A DNA stretch of 64,000 bases from Alphaproteobacteria bacterium (GTDB lineage Bacteria; Pseudomonadota; Alphaproteobacteria; UBA828): positions 64,001 through 128,000 of the forward strand of contig CAXXVO010000018.1 of assembly GCA_963422645.2 (NCBI GenBank). The letters run 5' to 3'. This document shows positions 18,122 to 28,501 of this stretch, piece after piece (position 1 is the first letter of the stretch; every line of letters starts with the position of its first letter). The notes below the pieces were generated by a model. The model did no database searches. It had not been told where the DNA came from and was given only the letters and a program-made list of their open reading frames with translations. Both the position numbers and the translations under genes were made by a program.

Positions 18122-18211
18122 CGTGCGTTCCCATCCCTCTCGCTTGACCGCCGTCTCATATCTGCCCGGACCGGGTCAGGCAACCGCTGCGCGCGTGCCC
18201 CTTGTCTTGAC

Positions 18212-18230
18212 GTAACTACCCAGGTACCCC
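18212..18230. mobile_element. Orphan IS66-like terminal repeat GTAACTACCCAGGTACCCC
   Basis: 18/19 identical to the copy at 18589-18607; starts with GTAA as IS66 ends do. Confidence 0.5.
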
Positions 18231-18475
18231 GCCGCCAGTTCTGAGTGCGTGCTGATGTTGCTTGCCGTCGGTGCCGTTTCGCCGTCGGCGCGTCGTTGAT
18301 CCCCGCTTGACTGTATAGGTTCAGACTTCCTGACCTCGTGATGCTGGCTGTTCTGGGCAGCGTGCCGGGAACTCCTTGAATTCTGATACATTTCGGTTGT
18401 TTCAGGCGGTTTTTCGCTGGGTGTCGCGCCCGAGGTCTGATATTATAATTTGATACCAATTGCACGGTCTCAACC

Positions 18476-18592
18476 ATGCCCAGTACCCTCCCAATGTGCC
18501 CTCCAGAGGCGGTCTCGATCGGCAACAGCTGCTTCGCCGTCCTGATCTCGGACGACACCTTCACCTACTTTTCCAACCTCATTCCCTTGTAA
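18476..18592 (+). pseudogene. 38-aa N-terminal gene fragment, possibly a transposase, cut by an IS66 end
   Basis: MPSTLPMCPPEAVSIGNSCFAVLISDDTFTYFSNLIPL; its TAA lies inside the GTAA of the IS end; TATAAT at 18444-18449 upstream. Confidence 0.4.
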
Positions 18593-19316
18593 CTGCCCAG
18601 GTACCCCCTCTCTCTTATGGAACAAGCCAGTTCCTTTTGCGTCAACGCCCCCACGCCGCGGGGGTGCCTACTCTCTTGAGCGCGAGAGGATGATGAACGC
18701 CGCGTCGCGAACAAGATGAGAGGACAGCGATACTCAGGATGAGCCGGAGAAGTTCAGGAGCGCAGTATAGGGATCAGCTGCATCGGTTCCGGGTGCGCCA
18801 GGATTTGCAGGATGTTCCAGCCTTGCTTTCGAGCGGTGACGATGACGCTGCGCATTCCGGCGAAGTTGCAGGCGCCTTGCAGGGAGCGGAAGCCGCCTGA
18901 GATCTTCTCATGCACTTTGTTCATACGGATGTCACGCTCCGCCTCGTTATTCGTGAACGGCGTGCGCAGGTCGGTGAGGAAGCGCAGGCAGCCCTCCTTA
19001 TGCTTTTGAAGGCGGCGCGCGAGGTTGTGGCCGATGCGGCGTTTCTTTCGCCCTCGCTTTGCGATCTGGAGCGGCGGTTGGGCCTCATGGAAGGCGATGG
19101 CTTCTTCGAGGATACGGTCCCATGCCCTTGAGATGCGGGCCACCAGGGAGGCGGGGACTTGACGGTCTTTCTCACGGGCGAAGCGGGCGGCCCTGCGCTG
19201 AGCGCGCTGAAGCAGGCGGTGCATGCTCGCCGCCCATTCCTCCTTCTCGATGTCGATCAGGGCCTGGAGTTCGCGCAGGTGATGTGCGTTGCAGGCGCCG
19301 TGGCGGACGCCCTTGA
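18589..19316 (-). mobile_element. Truncated IS66-family element (3' part of transposase 18754-19316 plus terminal repeat)
   Basis: HGACNAHHLRELQAL...PFTNNEAERDIRM.K...KISGGFRS IS66 motifs; frame cut at the IS21 end; GTAACTGCCCAGG end at 18589. Confidence 0.8.
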
Positions 19317-19518
19317 TGTCAATCGGCTTTCAATACTGACCCCCGATCGGCGTGCAAAATTGACCCCCCTGAGTGGCACGGCGGAGGTTGTCCCGGTAGC
19401 CAATAGGGGGGACCCGCGCGGCTTCGTGTGGCGCCCTGCGCTACGCGGAGCGAAGCCGCGTGGGGGGTCCCTGTTGGCCCACCGGGGCAACCGGGCCGCA
19501 AGGGAGGCCGGCGGCGGG

Positions 19519-20247
19519 TCAGGAGCGGTTCTTGAAGCGCCAGCTCTCGTTGCCGGTCTCGATGATCTCGCAATGATGGGTGAGGCGATCGAGCAGCGCT
19601 GTGGTCATCTTGGGGTCGCCGAAGACGGATGGCCATTCGCCGAAGGCGAGGTTTGTGGTGATGACGATCGAGGTGCGCTCGTAGAGCCGGCTCATCAGAT
19701 GGAAGAGCAGCTGCCCACCGGCCTGGGCGAAGGGCAGGTAGCCGAGCTCGTCGAGGATGACGAAGTCGCGGCGGACGAGCTGGTCTGCAGTGCGGCCCTG
19801 GCGTCCGGCGCGAAGCTCGGCCTCGAGGAGGTTGACCAGGTCGACGACGTTGTAGCACCGGCCGCGCGCGCCCTTGCGGATGCAGGACCGCGCGATGGCG
19901 ACGGCGAGATGGGTCTTGCCGGTACCGGTGCCGCCGACCAGCACGATGTTGCGTTTGCCCTCGAGGAAGCCGCCGCCGGCGAGCTCCTGGATCAGGGGCT
20001 CGTTGACCGGCGAGGCGGCGAAGTCGAAGTCGGCCAGCTCCTTGACCGTCGGCAGCTTGGCGGAGGCCATCTGGTACTTGATCGAGCGGGCCCTCTTGTC
20101 GGCGATCTCGACCTGCAGCAGCGTACCGATGATCTGTTGCACCGGATGGCGGCGCTTGAGCCCGTCGGCAAGGATGTCGTCGTAAGCGGCGCGCATACCT
20201 GCGAGCTTCAGCTGGGTCATCATCTCCAGCACATCATGACGCTCCAT
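19519..20247 (-). CDS. istB: IS21 helper ATPase IstB
   Basis: [34 protein letters not shown]...[10 protein letters not shown]. Confidence 0.95.
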   Translation of the reverse strand: MERHDVLEMMTQLKLAGMRAAYDDILADGLKRRHPVQQIIGTLLQVEIADKRARSIKYQMASAKLPTVKELADFDFAASPVNEPLIQELAGGGFLEGKRNIVLVGGTGTGKTHLAVAIARSCIRKGARGRCYNVVDLVNLLEAELRAGRQGRTADQLVRRDFVILDELGYLPFAQAGGQLLFHLMSRLYERTSIVITTNLAFGEWPSVFGDPKMTTALLDRLTHHCEIIETGNESWRFKNRS

Positions 20248-21748
20248 GACCGGCCTCCCTCAGGCTGTCGTAGCGCTGACAGTCGGCTACCGGCTTGTGG
20301 CGAAGCTGCAGGCCCTCGGGCGTCGGGATGATTGCCGGCGGTGCCGGCTGGCGCTGCCGGGCGAGGATGTTGAGCACCACGTCGGCGCTGCAGGCACCGC
20401 AGTCGAGCGTCTCGGCACAGGCCGCCTCAACCGCCTCCAGTCCGTCCTCCAGCACCGCCGCGAGCACCTTGACGAACTGCCGGTCGCCGTCGTCGTGGCC
20501 CGCGAGCCGGGTTCGCAGGCGGCCGAGCGCGTTGGGCAACTGCCAGTCCTTGAAGGGCGCGCCATTGCGTAGCGCGCCGGGCTTCCGCGTCAGGATCGGC
20601 ACGTAATGCCACGGATCGTAGACGAACCGGCCGCGCCCGAAGCTGCGGGGGTGCTCGGCAACGGTCTCGCCGTCCTGGCGGATGACGATCCGATCGGCAT
20701 AGGCCCGCACGTCCACCGGCCGGCCGACGGCGCGGGCCGCGACGCTGTACTGGTTGTTGTCGAAGCGCACCAGACAGGTCTTCGAGACCGACACCTCGCT
20801 GGCATGGAAGCCGTCGAAGGGGCCGCGATACGCCATCAGGAAGGGCTGCTCCTCCTCGAACACCTGCCACACCGTCTTGCCCGGGATTGTCGGATGCGGA
20901 TGCTTCTTGGCGTCCTCGATGCACCGATCCATCAGCCACTCGTTGATCTCGGCGTAGGAGCGGCCCCGCGGGATGGGCACGAACAGGCGGCCGCGAAGGT
21001 CACCCACCTGCTTCTCGACCTGCCCCTTCTCCCAGCCAGCCCCTGGCGTGCACGCCACAGGCTCCACCAGATGGTGCGAGCACAGCTCCTGGAAGCGGCG
21101 GTTGTAGTCCCGCTTCTTGCCCACGAAGATCGTGCTCACCGCCGTCTTCATGTTGTCGTAGATGCCCCGCCGGCAGACCCCGCCGAAGAAGCGGAAGGCA
21201 CGCTCGTGCGCCTCGAAGACCATCTCCTGGCTCTCGCGGGGAAAGATCTGGACCAGATACATCCGGCTGTGGCACAGCCGCATGTGCGCCGCCTTCACCC
21301 TGGTCGTCGCGCCCGACAGACGCGCGTACTCGTGGCTCCAGTCGAACTGGTAGGCCTCGCCGGGATCGAAGATCAGCGGCACATAGGCCTGCGCCGGCGA
21401 CAACAGCCGCCACCGGCGCCGCCAGGCCCTGGCATAGCGGCGAACCGCGTCATAGCCGCCCTTGTAGCCCAGCGACACAAGGTCTTCATGAATCCGCAGA
21501 AGAGACAGCCGATCCTTGCGTGCCTTCTTCTCGTTGGCCTTCAGCTGGCGCTCAAGCTCCTCCACCCACAGCCCAAGCTTCGGCATCGGCTGGATCTTGC
21601 GCTCGTAGCTGTGCGAGGTCGCATCGCCCCGCACCACCTTGCGTATCGTGTTCTTGGAAACCCTCAAATCCCGGGCGAGCTTCTTGATCGGAACGCCCTT
21701 CACCAGATGATCCCGACGGATCTTCGCGATCGTTTCCACAACCAGCAT
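20234..21748 (-). CDS. istA: IS21 DDE transposase IstA
   Basis: N-terminal [49 protein letters not shown]. Confidence 0.95.
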   Translation of the reverse strand: MLVVETIAKIRRDHLVKGVPIKKLARDLRVSKNTIRKVVRGDATSHSYERKIQPMPKLGLWVEELERQLKANEKKARKDRLSLLRIHEDLVSLGYKGGYDAVRRYARAWRRRWRLLSPAQAYVPLIFDPGEAYQFDWSHEYARLSGATTRVKAAHMRLCHSRMYLVQIFPRESQEMVFEAHERAFRFFGGVCRRGIYDNMKTAVSTIFVGKKRDYNRRFQELCSHHLVEPVACTPGAGWEKGQVEKQVGDLRGRLFVPIPRGRSYAEINEWLMDRCIEDAKKHPHPTIPGKTVWQVFEEEQPFLMAYRGPFDGFHASEVSVSKTCLVRFDNNQYSVAARAVGRPVDVRAYADRIVIRQDGETVAEHPRSFGRGRFVYDPWHYVPILTRKPGALRNGAPFKDWQLPNALGRLRTRLAGHDDGDRQFVKVLAAVLEDGLEAVEAACAETLDCGACSADVVLNILARQRQPAPPAIIPTPEGLQLRHKPVADCQRYDSLREAGHGAS

Positions 21749-21951
21749 CTCCCCCACCACCCCGTCCGTCCAAACGACGAGGTGTGTTCATGGACACAAA
21801 TCCAAGGGGGTCAATTTTGGACGCCGATCACCCCCAATAGGGGGTCACTTTTCCACGCTTAACAACACCCCTGAACGGCCCGTGCATGGCCGATGCAGAG
21901 GCCGTTTTTCCAGCCCGAATCAGCCCCGAAAATCAGCCTGTTTTCCAGGCC

Positions 21952-22001
21952 ATTCGCAAAGACTTCTGGCCGCGATTCGCAAAGACTTCTGGCCGGCTAC
22001 A
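21952..22001. mobile_element. Orphan transposon end with two 21-bp direct repeats, terminating in ...CTACA
   Basis: ATTCGCAAAGACTTCTGGCCG at 21952-21972 and 21975-21995; the minus strand begins TGTAGCC. Confidence 0.55.
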
Positions 22002-22111
22002 CTCAGGAGCTGATGGAGGCGGACAACGCGATCCGGCGTTTCAAGGTCGAGGGGACCAAGGCGGTCGGCCGCGCGCGCATGAAGGTGTGAAGGGCCGCGC
22101 GGGGCCTCGTC

Positions 22112-23017
22112 TCACAGAGGGTCCCAGCTGAACACGTCGCCGGAGCGGTCCAGCGCGGCGAAGTGCGCCTGCAGCGCCGGCACGGCATGGTCGGCGATCG
22201 CCTGCAGGTCCCAGCCCTCGCTGCGGTGGACGCTGCGGGCGGGCCGGAAGGGATCGAAGAGGAAGATCTCGTTGTGGCGCGTCCCGAAGACCTGGCCCGA
22301 GATGCCGCGCGCCGCGTCGGACGCGAGAAAGACCGCGAGCGGGGCGTTCTTCTCGGGCGTCATCCGCTTGAGGCGCGCGATCCGCTCCCGCTGCTCGTCG
22401 GTGTCGGCCGGGATTTCGCTGGTCATCCGGCTCCAGGCGAAGGGCGCGATGCAGTTGGAGCGCACGTTGAAGCGCCGCATGTCGAGCGCGATCGACTTCG
22501 ACAGCGCGCAGATGCCGAGCTTGGCCGCCGCGTAGTTGGCCTGCCCGAAGTTTCCGATCAGCCCCGACGTGCTGGTCATGTGCACGAAGGCGCCCGACTC
22601 CTGACGCCGGAAGTGCTCGGCCGCCGCGCGGCTCAGGAAGAAGCTGCCGTTGAGATGCACGCCGACGACCGAGAGCCACTGCTCGGCGCTCATCTTGTGG
22701 AAGATCGTGTCGCGCAGGATGCCGGCGTTGTTCACCACGATGTCGATGCGCCCGAACGCGTCGAGCGCCGTTGCGACGATGGCGCGCGCGCTCTCCCAAC
22801 CGTCCACGCTGTGCGTGTCGACGGCGGCGCTCCCGCCGGCCTCCTCGATCAGCCGCATGGTCTCCTCGGCCGGGGTCGCCGAGCCGCCCTCGCCCGTGAC
22901 CGAGACGCCGATGTCGTTGACGACGACGGCGGCCCCGGTCCGCGCGAGCGCCAGCGCGATCTCGCGCCCGATGCCGCCGCCAGCGCCGGAGACGATTGCC
23001 ACCTTTCCCTGATTCAC
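22112..23017 (-). CDS. Short-chain dehydrogenase/reductase (3-hydroxyacyl-CoA dehydrogenase-like)
   Basis: SGAGGGIG, VVVND, NNAGILRD, GNFGQANYAAAK. Confidence 0.9.
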   Translation of the reverse strand: MNQGKVAIVSGAGGGIGREIALALARTGAAVVVNDIGVSVTGEGGSATPAEETMRLIEEAGGSAAVDTHSVDGWESARAIVATALDAFGRIDIVVNNAGILRDTIFHKMSAEQWLSVVGVHLNGSFFLSRAAAEHFRRQESGAFVHMTSTSGLIGNFGQANYAAAKLGICALSKSIALDMRRFNVRSNCIAPFAWSRMTSEIPADTDEQRERIARLKRMTPEKNAPLAVFLASDAARGISGQVFGTRHNEIFLFDPFRPARSVHRSEGWDLQAIADHAVPALQAHFAALDRSGDVFSWDPL

Positions 23018-23098
23018 CCTTCATCTCCCGTCATTGCTGGTGTGCGTCACCGCCCACAACGTCAGGGCCGCCCGCCGCAACCCAATCGTGTGCGCGCA

Positions 23099-23944
23099 TC
23101 AACCGAAGGTCGCAAGTCCGTTGCGCAGGACGAAGACATTGCGGTCTGCGGCCCGCGCGCGAAAGGCGCCGTTCCGCCACATCTCTACCTCGACGGTCTC
23201 GCCCGGAAAGACCGGCGCCGAGAAGCGCGCGGACATGCTGCGGAGCGCTTCGGGATCGTCGGCCGCGAACGCGCGCAAGATGGCGTGGCAGGCGATACCG
23301 AAGGTGCAGAGCCCGTGGAGAATCGGCCGCTCGAAGCCCGCCTCCCGCGCGACCGCAGGGTCGAGATGGAGCGGGTTGGGGTCGCCGTTGAGGCGATAGA
23401 GGAGGGCCTGTTCCGGACGGGTCGCGACGGCGAGGGTACGGTCGGGATCGTCGCCGGGCTCCGCCGGCGCGGGGCGCGGCGTGCCGGAGGGTCCGTCGTA
23501 GCCGCCGTCGCCCCGGAGCATGAGCGTGCGGGTCTCGGTCGCGATCGCTTCGCCCGTGTCGGTGTCGCGAAGGCTCTTCTCGAGGTAGAGCAGCGCGCCC
23601 TTCGCGGCGCCCTTGTCGACGATATCGGCAATCCGGGTTTCGCCGACGACCGTGCCGGCGGCGGGGATGGGTTTTTGCAAGGAGAACCCCTGCTCGGCGT
23701 GAACGAGCCGGCCCGCGTCGACGGTCGTGCGCGGATCGGCCAGCCAGAAGCCGGGATGGCCGAGCACCGAGCAGAACGACGGCACGATGCGCGGCCCCTT
23801 GTGATCGTCCACGAATTGCAATTGCCACGGGTCGAGAGGGTCGTGACCGAGCCCGATCGAGAGCGCGTAACGCACCGCGTCGAGGGGGCCGAAGGTCTGC
23901 CGGACCTCGGGGATCTCGAAGCCCATGAGCGCGTCGTAGTTCAC
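23099..23944 (-). CDS. MaoC-family double hot-dog enoyl-CoA hydratase
   Basis: YRLNGDPNPLHLDP...GFERPILHGLCTFG hydratase-2 motif. Confidence 0.88.
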   Translation of the reverse strand: MNYDALMGFEIPEVRQTFGPLDAVRYALSIGLGHDPLDPWQLQFVDDHKGPRIVPSFCSVLGHPGFWLADPRTTVDAGRLVHAEQGFSLQKPIPAAGTVVGETRIADIVDKGAAKGALLYLEKSLRDTDTGEAIATETRTLMLRGDGGYDGPSGTPRPAPAEPGDDPDRTLAVATRPEQALLYRLNGDPNPLHLDPAVAREAGFERPILHGLCTFGIACHAILRAFAADDPEALRSMSARFSAPVFPGETVEVEMWRNGAFRARAADRNVFVLRNGLATFG

Positions 23945-24037
23945 GGCCCGGGATCCTCAGGGCGCGGCGCGCGGATCACAGCCGTCGCAACAGAGCAGGG
24001 GGACTGATGCAGATGGGGGCCCGGCGCGGCGGGTCGT

Positions 24038-25240
24038 TCAGCCGTCGTAGTGTCCGACGATCGCCACGCTGCAGACGTTCTGCACGGGGTGGCCGCCCAG
24101 GTTGTGAGTCAAGCCGTAGCGCATGGAATCGATCTGGCGCTCCTCGGCGCGGCCGAGGAACTGCAGATAGATCTCGTAGAGCATCCGCAGGCCGGAGGCC
24201 CCGATGGGGTGTCCGAAGCACTTCAGGCCGCCGTCGATCTGGCAGGGCATCTCGCCATCGGCGTCGAAGCGGCCGTCGAGCACCGCCTTCCAGGCCTCGC
24301 CCTCGTCGGCGAGGCCGAGGTCCTCCATGGTGACAAGCTCCGTGATCGAGAAGCAGTCGTGGACTTCGGTCGCGCTGATCTCCTTGCGCGGATCGTCGAT
24401 GCCGGCTTCCTCGTAGGCGCGCTGGGCTGCGATGCGCGTGGTCTTGAAGTGGGCGCCGTTCCAGGCGTTGAAACCGATCTCCTCGCCGTTCGAGACGCTG
24501 AGCTGCAAGCCCTTGACCGTCACGACATTGGTCTTGCCCAGCGTCATGGCGATCTCCGGCGTGGTGACGATTGCGCAGGCCGCGCCGTCGCTGACGCCGC
24601 AGCAATCGAAGAGCCCGATGGGCTCCGCCACCATCGGCGCGCCGATGGCTTGCTCGTGCGTGATTTCGCGCCTGAGGTGCGCCTTGGGATTGCGCGCCCC
24701 GTTCGCGTGGCTCTTGACCGAGACGTGGGCCATGGCGCGCTTGAGGTCGTCCCCGTCGATGCCGTGGGCGCTGCGATAGCCGGCCGCGAGCTGCGCGAAG
24801 GCGCCGGGGGCGGAGACGTTCGGGGAGAAAAGGTCGGTGGTCACCCCGCGGCTCCGGGCCGGCAGGCCGCCATAACCGGTGTCCTTCAGCTTCTCCACGC
24901 CGAGCGTGAGCGCGAAGACCGCGGCGCCCGAGGCCACCGCGTAGCACGCGCCGCGGAAGGCTTCCGTTCCGCTGGCGCACATGTTCTCGACGTGCGTGAC
25001 GGGGATGTAGCCGAGCCGCAGCGCGGTCGCGAGCGGAAGCGCGCTCGGCCCGACGTTGACGGAGTCGAAGGCCGTGCTCAGCCACGCCGCATCGATCTGC
25101 GAGCGTTCGATGCCGGCGTCGGCGATGCACTCCTCGAACGCCTCGGCCATCAGGTCCGAAGGCTCGGCATCCCACCGCTCGCCGAACTTCGAGCAGCCCA
25201 TCCCGAGGATCGCGACCTTGTCTCGAATTCCGCTGGCCAT
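24038..25240 (-). CDS. SCP2-type thiolase / acetyl-CoA acetyltransferase
   Basis: VENMCASG, SDGAAC, EVHDCF, GGLK.FGHPIGASG. Confidence 0.88.
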   Translation of the reverse strand: MASGIRDKVAILGMGCSKFGERWDAEPSDLMAEAFEECIADAGIERSQIDAAWLSTAFDSVNVGPSALPLATALRLGYIPVTHVENMCASGTEAFRGACYAVASGAAVFALTLGVEKLKDTGYGGLPARSRGVTTDLFSPNVSAPGAFAQLAAGYRSAHGIDGDDLKRAMAHVSVKSHANGARNPKAHLRREITHEQAIGAPMVAEPIGLFDCCGVSDGAACAIVTTPEIAMTLGKTNVVTVKGLQLSVSNGEEIGFNAWNGAHFKTTRIAAQRAYEEAGIDDPRKEISATEVHDCFSITELVTMEDLGLADEGEAWKAVLDGRFDADGEMPCQIDGGLKCFGHPIGASGLRMLYEIYLQFLGRAEERQIDSMRYGLTHNLGGHPVQNVCSVAIVGHYDG

Positions 25241-25266
25241 GTCCCTTCCCCTCGCGTCGCGGAGCC

Positions 25267-26697
25267 CTAGTCGGGCGCCGCCTTCCAGAAATACTGCCGC
25301 ATACCGCGCCGTTCATCCACATGCTTGATCCTGAAGCGCATGCTCGCCCGCGTGCCGACGTCGAAGCTCTCGGGGTCCACCTCCGTGAACTCCACCATGG
25401 TCCGGCCGCCGCCTTCGAACTCGACGAGGCCCAGGTAAGCGGGCGGATCCATGGAGAAGACGAGATGGTCGGCGGTGAAGGTCTTAACCCTGGCCGGCAC
25501 GTCCGCCATGGGATGGGGTTCCTGCGTGTCCCTGGCGCCGCAGTTGGGGTTCACGCAGTAGATCGCCTTCGGGTACTGCACCGTGCCGCAGCGCTCGCAG
25601 CGGCCGCCGACGAATCCGGTCACGCCCTCCCGGTTGCGGTACTGCGCGGTGAGCGCCGGCGAACGGTCGAGCTCGGCGCGCTTGCCGTACTCGCGCTCGA
25701 CCACGCCGCAATAGGTCAGGAACTTGCTGTAGTTGGTTTCCTCGACCCCGCGTTCCAGCCACCCGGCGACGCCCCGGTTGGGCCGGGCCGCGCCGAGCGC
25801 GTCCGTCACGCGGAACACCAGCGCGTCGCAGCCCTGCCCGAACCCAGTGACGACGATCGTCTGCCCTGGCTCTGCACTCGCCAGCTCGGCCGCCAGCATG
25901 AGCAGAGGCTGTGCCGTGCCGCATTGGCCGACCGTGCTCATCATCGGGTCGGCGACGGCGTTGGCGGCGATGCCGCACGCCTTGGTGACGCTCTCCGGCA
26001 CCCGCCTCAAGTGGCAGGGTACGATCAGGCGATCGACGTCCGAGGGCTCGACATTGGCCCTTGCGAGAGCCCGTGCGACCGCCTGCGGCACCAGCTTCAG
26101 CCAGCCTTCGTCGCGAATCCAGCGGTCTTCCCAGCCGTAGTCGAAGTCGTCTCCGCTCGCGCGGAAATGGTCGATGAAGTCTGCCGCGACGGTGGCCGAC
26201 CCCAGCAACGTCGCAATCTCTCCCGCGCAGCCCACCTGGAGAGCGGCTGCACCATCGCCGGAGAGCATCTCCATCGGGCTGCCGGCGCGGGCCTTGCGCC
26301 GGTCGGCCGTGACCACGATCGCCTGCGCTCCCGCCGCCGCAGCGTCGAGCGCGCTCATCAGCGCTGTGGTCGAAGCGCGGAGCGAGCCCGCCACATCCAT
26401 GGTGCGGAGCTCGCTCCCGAGGTTCAGCGCTTCGGCGACGATGCCGGCATTCTGGCGGACGGCAAAGGGGTGTGTCGTCGAGGCGAGGAAGAGCGCCTGG
26501 GTCTGCGCGGCCGCGCCCATGTCGCGCGCGGCTTCGACCGCCATCGTCACCGTGTCCTCGTCCCAGCTGCACATGGTGCGCTCGCCGCGGGCCAGGCCGC
26601 GGAGCGATGCGTCGAACCAGGTATTGGCGGCTGCGATTGCCGATCGCTGGAGGCGCCGGCGCGGCAGATAGGCGCCATACGCGGTAATGCCGGGCAC
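25267..26697 (-). CDS. HMG-CoA synthase/KASIII-like domain fused to DUF35 (Zn ribbon plus OB fold)
   Basis: GITAYGAYLPRRRL, DEDTVTMAVEAA, GDGAAA, GFGQG; C-terminal CERCG..YP...CVNPNC and YFWKAAP. Confidence 0.8.
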   Translation of the reverse strand: MPGITAYGAYLPRRRLQRSAIAAANTWFDASLRGLARGERTMCSWDEDTVTMAVEAARDMGAAAQTQALFLASTTHPFAVRQNAGIVAEALNLGSELRTMDVAGSLRASTTALMSALDAAAAGAQAIVVTADRRKARAGSPMEMLSGDGAAALQVGCAGEIATLLGSATVAADFIDHFRASGDDFDYGWEDRWIRDEGWLKLVPQAVARALARANVEPSDVDRLIVPCHLRRVPESVTKACGIAANAVADPMMSTVGQCGTAQPLLMLAAELASAEPGQTIVVTGFGQGCDALVFRVTDALGAARPNRGVAGWLERGVEETNYSKFLTYCGVVEREYGKRAELDRSPALTAQYRNREGVTGFVGGRCERCGTVQYPKAIYCVNPNCGARDTQEPHPMADVPARVKTFTADHLVFSMDPPAYLGLVEFEGGGRTMVEFTEVDPESFDVGTRASMRFRIKHVDERRGMRQYFWKAAPD

Positions 26698-26803
26698 GCT
26701 AGAACTCCGGAGAAGTGGGGGTGCGCAACCGAAGGGTCGGCCATACTACACAGTTGCATCCGCAAGGCTAAGCGACCGGCACCGCATCGTCCGGGGGAGG
26801 GGC

Positions 26804-27565
26804 ATGTCAAAGATCATGATCGTCACAGGCGGCAGCCGCGGGATCGGCGCCGCCGTCGCGCGGCTCGCCGGAGCCAAGGGCTACGATGTCGCGGTCAACT
26901 ACGCCCAGGCCGGGGATCGTGCGGAGGAGGTCGCGGCCGATATCCGGAAGGCCGGCCAGCGCGCCATCGCCGTCCAGGCCGATATGGGCAGGGAAGACGA
27001 CATCCTGCGGATGCTGGAGACGGTCGACCACCAGCTCGGGCCGGTCTCGGCGATCGTCAACAATGCCGCGATCGACTACGAGACCCTGATCCCGGACATG
27101 ACGTTGGAGGGGCTTGAGCGCGTCTTCGCCATCAATGTCTTCGGCCTCTTCATCATGGCCCGCGAAGTCGTCACGCGCATGTCCACCAAGCAGGGCGGCC
27201 AGGGCGGCTCCATCGTGAACGTGGGCTCGATCTCGGCCCGCTATGGCGGGTTGCCGAGCGATGTCCCCTACGCAGCGTCAAAGGGCGCCGTGGACTCGTT
27301 TACCAAGGGCCTCGCCCACGAATATGCCGAGCACGGCATTCGGGTGAATTGCGTGCGCCCCGGCCTCATCCTCACCGACATGTGGGAGCATTCCATCGGG
27401 GCCGAGGCCGCGGTCGCGCTCGGCAAGACCGGCTCGATGCTGAAGCGCATCGGCCAGCCCGAGGAAATCGCCACCATGGTACTGTGGCTCTGTTCCGACG
27501 AAGCCTCCTACGTCACCGCGGCGATCTACGATGTCGACGGGGGGCGGGGAAACAGGCCGGCGTGA
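26804..27565 (+). CDS. Short-chain dehydrogenase/reductase
   Basis: TGGSRGIG, NNA, YAASK, IRVNCVRPG. Confidence 0.9.
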   Translation: MSKIMIVTGGSRGIGAAVARLAGAKGYDVAVNYAQAGDRAEEVAADIRKAGQRAIAVQADMGREDDILRMLETVDHQLGPVSAIVNNAAIDYETLIPDMTLEGLERVFAINVFGLFIMAREVVTRMSTKQGGQGGSIVNVGSISARYGGLPSDVPYAASKGAVDSFTKGLAHEYAEHGIRVNCVRPGLILTDMWEHSIGAEAAVALGKTGSMLKRIGQPEEIATMVLWLCSDEASYVTAAIYDVDGGRGNRPA

Positions 27566-27651
27566 GCGAATGGACCCATTGGCGCGACTGGGTAATGCTG
27601 GAGCTCACGCCGACCCGCATCCGCTCATGCTGAGGACTTGAGGAGCATCGG

Positions 27652-28422
27652 TTGAAGATCGAAGGCAAGTCCGTGGTCGTCACCGGCGGCGCGAGCGGGA
27701 TCGGGCTCGCGCTCGCGCGCCGCTTCCGGGCGGAAGGCGCACGGGGCATCGCCCTGGCCGATCTGCAGGAGGACGCCCTGTTGGAGGCCGCCGGCGAGAT
27801 CGACGCCCTGGCGGTGCCCTGCGATGTCAGGGACGAAGCCGACATCAAGCGCCTCGTTGCCGCAGCCGAGGATGCCTTCGGCCCCATCGACGTGTTCGTC
27901 TCCAACGCCGGGATCGCGCGCATGGGCGGCGTCGATGCCCCGGACGAGGAGTGGCGGCAGAACTGGGACATCCACATCATGGCCCACGTCTACGCGGCGC
28001 GGGCGGTGGCGCCCAAGATGGCGGCGCGCGGCAGCGGCTATCTGGTCAACACGGCCTCGGCCGCAGGACTGCTCAGCCACGTTGAATCGGCGACCTATTC
28101 GGTGACCAAGCATGCTGCCGTGGCTTTCGCCGAGTGGCTCTCGATCGTTTACGGCGACCAGGGCGTCCGGATCTCGGTGCTCTGCCCGCAGGCGGTCCGC
28201 ACCGCGATGCTCACGGGCAGCGAGGAGAGCGTCGCCAGCCTGGACGGCGTGCTGGAGTCGGAACAGGTGGCCGACAGCGTGATCGCGGCGATGGAGCGGG
28301 AGGAGTTCCTGATCCTCCCGCACCCCGCGGTGCAGGACTACGTCGAGCGCAAGGCCTCGGATCGAGAGCGCTGGCTCCGGGGGATGCGCAAGCTGCGCGC
28401 GGCGCACGGAGGAGCCCTCTAA
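27652..28422 (+). CDS. Short-chain dehydrogenase/reductase
   Basis: [25 protein letters not shown]; TTG after GAGGAG. Confidence 0.88.
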   Translation: MKIEGKSVVVTGGASGIGLALARRFRAEGARGIALADLQEDALLEAAGEIDALAVPCDVRDEADIKRLVAAAEDAFGPIDVFVSNAGIARMGGVDAPDEEWRQNWDIHIMAHVYAARAVAPKMAARGSGYLVNTASAAGLLSHVESATYSVTKHAAVAFAEWLSIVYGDQGVRISVLCPQAVRTAMLTGSEESVASLDGVLESEQVADSVIAAMEREEFLILPHPAVQDYVERKASDRERWLRGMRKLRAAHGGAL

Positions 28423-28501
28423 TTCATAGGCCGACGCCTTCGGCCGCCAGGAGGGGCTGGAACCAATCGAGTAGATAAGGCGCGATGGACCCGCAAGGAG
28501 A

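Larger units (their letters stand above)
19317..21867 (-). mobile_element. IS21-family insertion sequence, apparently intact
   Basis: TG...CA termini with internal repeats TGACCCCC and GATCGGCGT.CAAAATTGACCCCC at both ends; istA-istB pair. Confidence 0.92.

Noticed and set aside
21952-21995. Direct repeats as a mini-CRISPR array
   Set aside because: Only two units with a 2-nt gap, no spacers and no cas genes
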